This document shows positions 56,406 to 64,000 of a stretch of 64,000 nt of DNA, piece after piece (position 1 is the stretch's first letter; each line of letters opens with the position of its first letter). The notes below the pieces were generated by a model. That model had not been told where the DNA came from. It was given only the letters and a program-made list of their open reading frames with translations, and did no database searches. Origin of the DNA: Clostridia bacterium (GTDB lineage Bacteria > Bacillota > Clostridia > Saccharofermentanales > DTU023); contig JAXGOR010000002.1 of the NCBI GenBank assembly GCA_040767365.1, forward strand, positions 33,622-97,621, in the 5' to 3' direction. The position numbers and the translations under genes were made by a program.

Positions 56406-58312
56406 AACACGTCATCATCGGAACGGCCGGCCACGTTGACCATGGGAAGTCCTCTCTCATACTCGCCCTGACCAGCCGTGACCCCGACCGGCTGGCAGAG
56501 GAAAAGGAAAGAGGGATTACCATCGAGCTGGGTTTTACCTGGCTCGACCTCCCTGATGGTTCCCGGACGGGCATTATTGATGTGCCGGGTCACGAACGTT
56601 TTGTCAGCAATATGCTGGCAGGCGCAGGGGGGATCGATCTGGCCCTCCTGGTCGTGGCGGCCGATGAGGGTGTCATGCCACAGACCCGTGAGCATCTTGG
56701 CATCCTGACCCTGCTTGGCATACCGGACGGCGTGATCGCCGTAACCAAGTGTGACCTGGCCGATGAGGATTTTATTGAGCTGGTCGAGGAGGATATCCGG
56801 GATCTGGTGCGGGGCAGCTTTCTGGAAGAGGCTCCGATCGTTAGGACATCGAGTGCTACAGGCCAGGGGGTCGAGGCCTTGCGTCAACTCCTCTTTGACC
56901 GGGTCGGGCGGGTCTCCGGCAAGAAAGACCAGATTCCCTTCCGCCTGCCCGTCGACCGGGTCTTCTCGCTTGGCGGCTTTGGCACCATCGTGACCGGCAC
57001 CCTGATAGAGGGCCAGGTGAAGACCGGCGACCCGGTCGGGATTTTCCCCGGCGGCAGGACAGCCAGGGTCCGGGGGATCCAGATCCACGAGACAGGCGTT
57101 GATGTCGCCTGGCCGGGCCAGCGGGTGGCGCTCAATCTGTCAGGGATCCACAAGGACGAGCTGAAACGCGGGGATACCCTGGCCGCGCCCGGGAGCCTCA
57201 GAGGGAGCAGGCTACTTGACGTCTGCCTGACAGCCCTGCCCGATACGCGTTTTCCGATAAGCCACAATATGCGGGTCCATCTCTTCCACGGGTCCCGGGA
57301 GGTCCTGGCCCGTGTCGTCCTCCTGGACCGGGATAGCCTGGAAGCCGGTGAATCGGCGCCCGCCCAGCTCCGGCCCGAGGAAGAACTCTTCACCAAATAC
57401 GGGGATCGTTTCGTCATCCGTTTCTATTCGCCGCTCGAGACGGTGGGAGGCGGCATGATCGTCGACCCGCTCCCGGGAAGGCGCAAACGCTACCGGGACA
57501 CCAGGCTGGACGAATTCCCCCTCCTGGCGGGCGATGATCCGGCCCGGCGGCTCGACCTGGCTGTCTCCCATATCAGCCAGGCGCTGGAACCGCTGGAGAC
57601 CGCCTATTACCGCGCCGGCCTGGAGGGCCGGCAGGGCAGGGAACTCCTTGACCGGCTGATTGAGGAGGGCCGGGTCGTCCCGCTGAATGAGCGTACCGCG
57701 ATCAGCGCCGACTCGCTCCAGGCGCTCGGCCGCAAGGCCAGTGCCCTGCTCGACCGCTTCCACAAGGCCCAGCCCCTGGAAGAGGGGATGCGGCGTGAAG
57801 AGCTCCGGACCCGTCTCCTGCCCCGGGCCGCCATCCAGCTGTCCGATCTTGTCATCGACCGGCTGCGGGACCGGAAAATCCTCGACGTCAGGGAGGGCCT
57901 GGTCTCACTTCACGGCCGCGAGATCGCGCTCACTGCCGAGGAGAGCAAGGCCCTGCTGGAACTTGAAGCCCTCTTCACTCAAGCCGGCTACAGCCCCCCC
58001 GCCCCCGAGGAGATCCAACTGTCCGCCGGCCGGGCGGTCAAAAGGGATCAGCTCCTCTCCCTCCTGATCAACCGGGGTACCCTGATCCGGCTCACGCCCC
58101 AGATCCTCATGCACAAGGACAGGGTGGACCAGGCCTGGACCCTGGTCCGCCAGACCATCGAAGAGGAGGGGAGCATTACACTGGCGGCCTTCCGGGACAG
58201 GCTTGAAAGTACGAGGAAGTTCGCCATCGCCCTCCTGGAGTACTTTGACAAGCAGAAGTGGACCCGTTTGACCGGTGAGGTACGGGTATTCCATCCCAAA
58301 CGTGAAGGCTGA
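56402..58312 (+). CDS. selB: Selenocysteine-specific translation elongation factor SelB
   Basis: [24 protein letters not shown]..., [8 protein letters not shown], TKCD, then four winged-helix-like C-terminal modules. ATGA overlap with selA. Confidence 0.92.
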   Translation: [636 protein letters not shown]

Positions 58313-58316
58313 CCCC

Positions 58317-61300
58317 ATGGCCGTCCGGAAGGTCAGACTCCTCTACAGTCCGGATCCCGACCAACTGGTCCGGGCCGTCTTCAAGGAACTTTCAGATCAT
58401 CACAGCCAATGGCCGGACCAGCGGGCCTTCATCCTGGTCCCCGAATATATGAAAGCTGATATGGAGCGCCGCTACCTGACCGATCAGGCCGCGGGGGGCC
58501 TTATGATGGCCGAGGTCCTCTCCTTCAACAGGCTGGCGTCCAGGTTGGCGGATGAGGTGGGCCGGCAGGCGGTTCCGGTCATCTCAACCGCGGGCAAGGC
58601 GGTCCTGGCCCAGAAGGCCCTCTTGGACGACAATCTCCCCTTCAATCGCTTTCACCGGCTGGCGGGTAAACCCCGCTACGCGCTTGAGCTCGTCAGTATC
58701 CTCGGTGATTTCAACCGTTACCGGATCACAGCCGGGGACCTCCGCGCCTCAAAGGAGGAGCCGGCCTCCAGCCGGGCCAGGCAGGCGACCCGGGAAAAAC
58801 TTGAGGATTTTGCCCTCCTCAAGGAGAGTCTGGATGAAGAGATGCGGGCTCGCGGACTCGAGGATCCCGACCAAAAGCTCTCCCGCCTGGCGGAATTGTT
58901 GAATACCCGGCCCCTGCCTGAACGCCTGGCCTTCCTGGAGCGCGCCCGGATCTGGGTTCTTGGCTTCGGTAATGACCGTGACTTTACCTCCCAGGAGGGC
59001 CTGGTCCTGGAGGCCCTGGCAAAACTGACCCCGGCCTTGACCCTGGCCGTTGCGGCCGACTCCTTGAATTCCGAAGGGGAGCCGGCCTATCGGCTGGGCA
59101 GGGAAACGCTCCAGGCCCTCGGCCGGATCTTCCCGGACGCCGAAAGGACGAGACTGGCAGCCAAGGCCAGTCAGGCCCCACCTGAGATCCATTTCATCCG
59201 GTCCATCAACAGGCGGGAGGAGGCCCGCTATACGGCAGGGGAAATAAGGAGGCTTTTGCTTACCGGCAACCTGAGGCGACGGGAAATCGCGGTGGCCCTG
59301 AGCGAGTCCGAGGAGATTGCCACCTACCTGGAATCCGCCTTCGAGGACTACGGGATCCAGGCCTACATCGATACGGGCCGGCCCCTGCGCAACAGTTCCT
59401 TCATCCGGTTGCTGAGCTCTTTTCTCAAACTCTGCCACTACGATTTCACCCTCCCTGACCTCCTGGATTATTACAAGAGTGGCCTGGCGGCAAGGTCGGG
59501 AGACCCGGTCGACCGCTTCGAGAACGCGGCCCTGGCGCTGGATTGGCGGAAGGCCGCGGATCTACGTGAGATCACAGGATCGCCTGAGGCCAGGCAAAGC
59601 GCTGTCGCCGCCTATGTCGACCCTGGAACAGGGGAGGGCCGTGACCTCCTCTCCGTCCTGGAAGATGTCAAGGACCTGCTCGACACCGCCTCTTCCCTCC
59701 GCGGACTCCGCTCAGGGCAGGCCAAGTGTGATTTCCTCCTGGACTTCCTCCTGGGCGAGATGAACGGAGAGGGGGGGCAGTTCCCGGAGAATTCGCCGGC
59801 CGGCCGCGTCTTCTACCGGCGGGATGACCTGCTTGACCAGGGCCGGGAGGAAAATGCCCGCCTCCTTGTCTCCTCCTGGAATGCCGTCATCGACTTTCTC
59901 CAGGAGGCCTCAGCGCTCCTGGGCAGTGCCCGGATCTCCCAGGCCCATTTCACGGCCCTGATCCTGGCGGGGCTTGAGGGCCTCTCCCTTTCCTCCATCC
60001 CCGCGGGTATCGACCGTGTCCGTGTCGGGAGCCTGTCGCAGATGGCGGTCTGGCCCTGCAAGTTGCTATTCGTCCTTGGCATGACGGACACCGCCTTCCC
60101 GCCCGAAATGAAAGGGGAGGGCTATCTGCTGGATGATGAACGGATCTACCTGTCGGAGAGGACGGGCAAAGCCTTCCCCAACCGCAGGCAGGACCAGCCG
60201 GCCGCCCAGGCCTGGCTGGTCAATTCACTGCTGACCAGGCCCTCCCAGGCCCTCTACCTGTCAACACCGACCCTGGGGGGCAACAGCTCACGGATCTATG
60301 ATGACTGGCTGGCAAGTGAGGGGGGACAGGAGATCATCCTGGCCGGCTACGGGGATGAACCCGATCCGCGCTGGTATGCCCCCAAGATGGCCTTGCGCCT
60401 GCTCCGGGGGAAGCAGGGGGCCCCCGAGGCCTGGCGGGAGGCCCTGGCCTCCCTCCGGAAGGAGCCCCCCCGCCTCCTGCCCTCCGCCGACCTGATCGCG
60501 GAGTCCCTGGTCCTGCCCCGGACCAGGGTCGAACCCCTCATGAAAAAGCGGGACAGCGTCAGCGTCAGCCTGCTCCAGTCCTACAACGACTGCCCCTTCC
60601 GCTTTTTTATCCAGTATCTGACGGGCGCTTCCGAGCGCCGGGTCGCCCAGGATCAGCCCAACTTGCAGGGGACCCTCCTCCACCGCCTCCTGGAGCTGGC
60701 AAGCCGGGAGCTGAAGGGGGAGCTTGAAGCGGCAACGACTCCCGGGGAGATCAGGGCCCTGGTCCTGGAGTGGCAGGAAGAGTTGACCCCCTTCCATCTT
60801 CGCCCCCACTATGACCGGGCGACCAGGAATCCCTACCTGGCCCTCTACGCGAAGCCTGGCCTGGCGGGTGGTGTCGGCGACAGGCTGATCCGCCGCGCGG
60901 TTGATACGCTCTCCAGCCTGTCCGAGTTCAACCTGACGGAGGCATTTGTCCCCCTGGAACTTGAATGGACCTTCCCCTCCACCGGCAGGCCAGCCTATCG
61001 CCTGAGCGCGGACGGCCATGCCTTTACCTGCCGGGGCTCCGTCGACAGGATTGACGCCAGGCCCGACGGGGCGCTCCGGATCATTGACTACAAGCGTTCC
61101 ATGAAGGAATTCTCCTGGACCGGTCTCTATGACGGGACCGACCTCCAACTCCCCCTCTACAAACGGGCCTATGAGACGGCCTTCCCCGGCAGTCTGGTCA
61201 CAGCCCTGCTTTTCGCCGGCTGGAGGACCAGCAGTCAGTATGAGCTTTCCTCCTACAGACCCCTCCCGGATGACGGCAGGAAAGAGGCCCTGAAATCACT

Positions 61301-61628
61301 GGATAAACAACTGGGAGAGTGGCAGGGCAGGGCAGTGGACCAGGCGGCGGCCTTTGCCGAAAAGAGGGCGGCCAGGACCCTGGAATCCATTATGGAAGGT
61401 CGGTTCCCCGCCAGGCCGGCCATCCGGGGCAGGCGCGACCCCTGCCAGTTCTGCCCCTGGCACGCGGCCTGCGGCTATGATAAACGCCTGGCCAGAAATA
61501 GCCCGCTCCCGGAGACGGCGGCGGACAGGAAGGCGATCCGGGGCTTGATCCTCCAGGATGATGGGGCCGGTGGGCGAATGAATGGTCAGGGTTCCGAGGG
61601 TGAGGGCCAGGGATTCTCTTCCATATAG
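58317..61628 (+). CDS. addB: RexB/AddB-type helicase-nuclease subunit B (PD-(D/E)XK nuclease with Fe-S cluster)
   Basis: 1104 aa from the ATG at 58317. C-terminal nuclease (SYNDCPFRFF..., GSVDRIDA...IIDYKRS, LQLPLY) and cluster cysteines (CQFCPWHAAC). The N-terminus lacks a Walker A loop, as in RexB-type proteins. Confidence 0.8.
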   Translation: MAVRKVRLLYSPDPDQLVRAVFKELSDHHSQWPDQRAFILVPEYMKADMERRYLTDQAAGGLMMAEVLSFNRLASRLADEVGRQAVPVISTAGKAVLAQKALLDDNLPFNRFHRLAGKPRYALELVSILGDFNRYRITAGDLRASKEEPASSRARQATREKLEDFALLKESLDEEMRARGLEDPDQKLSRLAELLNTRPLPERLAFLERARIWVLGFGNDRDFTSQEGLVLEALAKLTPALTLAVAADSLNSEGEPAYRLGRETLQALGRIFPDAERTRLAAKASQAPPEIHFIRSINRREEARYTAGEIRRLLLTGNLRRREIAVALSESEEIATYLESAFEDYGIQAYIDTGRPLRNSSFIRLLSSFLKLCHYDFTLPDLLDYYKSGLAARSGDPVDRFENAALALDWRKAADLREITGSPEARQSAVAAYVDPGTGEGRDLLSVLEDVKDLLDTASSLRGLRSGQAKCDFLLDFLLGEMNGEGGQFPENSPAGRVFYRRDDLLDQGREENARLLVSSWNAVIDFLQEASALLGSARISQAHFTALILAGLEGLSLSSIPAGIDRVRVGSLSQMAVWPCKLLFVLGMTDTAFPPEMKGEGYLLDDERIYLSERTGKAFPNRRQDQPAAQAWLVNSLLTRPSQALYLSTPTLGGNSSRIYDDWLASEGGQEIILAGYGDEPDPRWYAPKMALRLLRGKQGAPEAWREALASLRKEPPRLLPSADLIAESLVLPRTRVEPLMKKRDSVSVSLLQSYNDCPFRFFIQYLTGASERRVAQDQPNLQGTLLHRLLELASRELKGELEAATTPGEIRALVLEWQEELTPFHLRPHYDRATRNPYLALYAKPGLAGGVGDRLIRRAVDTLSSLSEFNLTEAFVPLELEWTFPSTGRPAYRLSADGHAFTCRGSVDRIDARPDGALRIIDYKRSMKEFSWTGLYDGTDLQLPLYKRAYETAFPGSLVTALLFAGWRTSSQYELSSYRPLPDDGRKEALKSLDKQLGEWQGRAVDQAAAFAEKRAARTLESIMEGRFPARPAIRGRRDPCQFCPWHAACGYDKRLARNSPLPETAADRKAIRGLILQDDGAGGRMNGQGSEGEGQGFSSI

Positions 61629-63904
61629 GTCTTGTAGGGCTCATTGATGGCCGCCCACTCCTCCTCTGACAGAAGATCACGGTAATAATCGGAATCGATG
61701 ATCACCCTGGCTGTATCGTAGCGCAGCTTGACCTCCCGGTTGATGCGCTCGACATAATCAGCCTCATCTTCCAGGACCCTGCCTTCATGGGGGGTGAAGA
61801 CATTGGTTGTAGCGTTATAGCGCCCCTCCTCCGTTATCCAGCTCCGGCCGAGGAAGATGGCCAGGGCCTCCGATTCGGAGAAGATATCCCGGCCTGAGAA
61901 AAATCTGGAGTCGTAAGGAACCCCCATATAGTTGTAGATGGTCGGCAGCAGGTCGAGGCTGGTGCAGTACTTGTCCACCCGCTCCGGCTCAATCCCGTCA
62001 TGGTAGAAAAGGGCACAGCTCTCGTAGATGTCGAATTCCTTGTCCAGCCGTTTACCCGCGAGCGCCTCATAGCTGGCGTGTTCCTCCAGGGCGTAGGGGT
62101 AGTGGTCCGGATTGATCACGATCAGGGTGCGGTCGGCGATGCCGGCCTCCCGCAACTGCGCCATCAGGCTCTCCATGGCAAGTTCCAGGTCGTAATTGGC
62201 AGCCAGATAGGCAATCGACTCATGGGGGAGGTCAAGATGGGCGTAATGATCCCAATGGCGGGAGGCCATGGCGTTGCCCGCCTTCGTCCAGTTGGCATGG
62301 CCGCTGACCGTGAGATAGTAGACGTGGAAGGGTTCCTGATCGACGAACTCAAAGGCCGTCTTCTCGATCATTTCAAGGTCTGATTCCGGCCAGGTCGGCT
62401 TGACTTCAAGCCCCCGTCCCAGGCCGCGATAGTCGTAGCCCAGATTGGGGTGGGACAGATCGCGGGAATAATAATTCCAGGTGTGATTATGCCAGGCGTA
62501 GGTGGTATAGCCAAGCTTCCTGAAGAAATTACCGGGCGCCATGGCCATGTCATTCTTATGCGCCTCCTTCAGTGTCCAGACGCCTTGTTTGGGTATCATG
62601 CCGCATAGGCCGGCGTACTCGCCGTCCAGGGTCGAAACGGTCCAGACCGGCACATAGAAATTCTCGAAGTATACGCCCTCCTGGTACATGTGATACAGGG
62701 TGGGGGTCAGTTCCTCATCGATGCAGTACTTGGAGAAGCTCTCCGCCGTGACAAAGATCAGGTTGAAGCCCTTGCCCCGCCCCGTGTGATCATTGGTATA
62801 GGTCGGCTGGGTCCTTGAAAAGACAAGGTCGAGATAGGATACAAGCTCGGACCGTGTCTTCCCCATGAGGACGGGGGCCGAGTCATTTCCCACGCCATTG
62901 TCCGCCAGCCTTGCCTCAAAGTCGATGGGCAGGATATTGGGATACCTGACAGGCTCAGGCTCTTCCGCTTCATTCCCTCCCGGGTCAGGCCCGTCGGGTT
63001 GCGTCGGGTCGAGGGGCCCCAGGGATTCGATCGGTTCCGGGATCAGATCATCCGTGGCAAGCGAGCTCCGGGGGTAGATCAGGTGGCCGATATCGATCCC
63101 CATGGCCGTCAGCAGGCCAAACTGGTTGGTCCCTGTCAATATTTCATTTTCCAGGAAATAGTGTTCCCAGGGGCTGTTGTAGGAACGGTCCAGGGCCATG
63201 GTCCCGACCGTCAGCCCGAACAGGAGGATCACTGAGGCCAGGGCTACCAGGATGACCCGGATACGCCTGAGCTTCAGCCGGCAGGCGTCAGCGAGCGGTT
63301 TCCTGAGATAGACAAAGAAAACGATGAAGGGGAAGAGCAGGGGGATGATCCAGGGCAGATTGCGGAGGACCTTGATGATGATATCCTCCAAAAACTGCAG
63401 AATCTGCCCCCCATGCCCGATGGAATAGAAGACGAAGAAGGTTCTGAAGAACTTGTAGTAGATAAGCTGGGCCGAGTAGACAAAGGGAAACAGGACCAGG
63501 AGGATGTAGAGGCTGACCCGCTGGGCACCGGACGGGAGCACGCCTACGAACGCCGTCAGGATGATGGACCGCATCAAACAGAAAAGCGTCAGGTAGAGCA
63601 GGCCTATATTGAAGAAACTGCCGTCCACATTGAGGCGGAGGACCAGCTCACTGATCAGCTGGACTGAAAAGAACAGGAGGAAGATGCTGGCATAGCATCG
63701 GGGGAAGGGCCACCCTTTCCCGGAGATCGGCTCCCGGGGCAGGATCGGTTCGGCCGGGGATTCGCGTAGGATGAAGTCGGATCGACGGATGACAGGTTGC
63801 CGTATGCGCTCGCCATCACTTTTCCTGGCTTCTGCCTGGACAGGCCCTTGTTCCTTACCTTCTCTTTCCATACTCATTGACGGGTCCCTCGCAGTCCGCG
63901 TCAT
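61586..63904 (-). CDS. LTA-synthase-family sulfatase/phosphoglycerol-transferase-like membrane protein
   Basis: 772 aa. N-terminal polytopic region plus an extracellular alkaline-phosphatase-superfamily domain (NLIFVTAESFS...PTLYHM...GVYFENFY...STLDGEY). Confidence 0.75.
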   Translation of the reverse strand: MTRTARDPSMSMEREGKEQGPVQAEARKSDGERIRQPVIRRSDFILRESPAEPILPREPISGKGWPFPRCYASIFLLFFSVQLISELVLRLNVDGSFFNIGLLYLTLFCLMRSIILTAFVGVLPSGAQRVSLYILLVLFPFVYSAQLIYYKFFRTFFVFYSIGHGGQILQFLEDIIIKVLRNLPWIIPLLFPFIVFFVYLRKPLADACRLKLRRIRVILVALASVILLFGLTVGTMALDRSYNSPWEHYFLENEILTGTNQFGLLTAMGIDIGHLIYPRSSLATDDLIPEPIESLGPLDPTQPDGPDPGGNEAEEPEPVRYPNILPIDFEARLADNGVGNDSAPVLMGKTRSELVSYLDLVFSRTQPTYTNDHTGRGKGFNLIFVTAESFSKYCIDEELTPTLYHMYQEGVYFENFYVPVWTVSTLDGEYAGLCGMIPKQGVWTLKEAHKNDMAMAPGNFFRKLGYTTYAWHNHTWNYYSRDLSHPNLGYDYRGLGRGLEVKPTWPESDLEMIEKTAFEFVDQEPFHVYYLTVSGHANWTKAGNAMASRHWDHYAHLDLPHESIAYLAANYDLELAMESLMAQLREAGIADRTLIVINPDHYPYALEEHASYEALAGKRLDKEFDIYESCALFYHDGIEPERVDKYCTSLDLLPTIYNYMGVPYDSRFFSGRDIFSESEALAIFLGRSWITEEGRYNATTNVFTPHEGRVLEDEADYVERINREVKLRYDTARVIIDSDYYRDLLSEEEWAAINEPYKTYMEENPWPSPSEP

Positions 63905-64000
63905 CCGGCCGGATACGCCAAGTCATGATAGCATAAGCGGCCACTATTCTACCGAAATATCAGGTTCTCCCCGGGCCAGGTTCTGGGGGAGGGGGACATC

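Overview
GC-rich, gene-dense chromosomal segment. Gene content suggests an anaerobic Clostridia-type Firmicute: veg-ispE synteny, rex, ccdA plus a TlpA/ResA-like redoxin, an LCP protein, pdxS, rexB/addB and a sensory [FeFe]-hydrogenase. All calls rest on reading the ORF translations and DNA by eye; no searches were run.

Main blocks:
1. 1-8.4 kb: housekeeping genes and three tRNAs (Phe, Asp, Val), then yebC, yigZ and serS.
2. 8.5-10.0 kb: a decayed IS30-family element just upstream of serS.
3. 10-17 kb: envelope and housekeeping genes (redoxin, ccdA, LCP, dtd, ispE, veg, a frameshifted mnmA), followed by a ~420-nt highly structured non-coding stretch.
4. 24.3-38.1 kb: a co-directional cluster matching the E. 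coli ygeW-ygeY-hyuA-ssnA-ygfK-xdhD-mocA neighbourhood (selenium-dependent molybdenum hydroxylase, anaerobic purine/urate catabolism). Here a CysK-like PLP enzyme leads the first operon, and no carbamate kinase or FAD subunit is in view.
5. 38-43 kb: a TVP38 membrane protein, a GT2 glycosyltransferase with no canonical start codon, and a 7TMR-DISM/LytS-type kinase paired with a REC-SARP/BTAD regulator.
6. 46.3-49.9 kb: rex, a HydS-type sensory [FeFe]-hydrogenase and a PP2C phosphatase.
7. 52.1-58.3 kb: a selenium utilisation island, selD-yedE-yedF-DUF3343-selA-selB. selD carries an in-frame TGA (Sec) that the ORF track cannot show.
8. 58.3-64 kb: an orphan rexB/addB and an LTA-synthase-family sulfatase.

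Three reading-frame anomalies (mnmA, the IS30 transposase, the GT2 start) point to either real gene decay or homopolymer assembly errors. I saw no CRISPR array, rRNA or obvious defence system.
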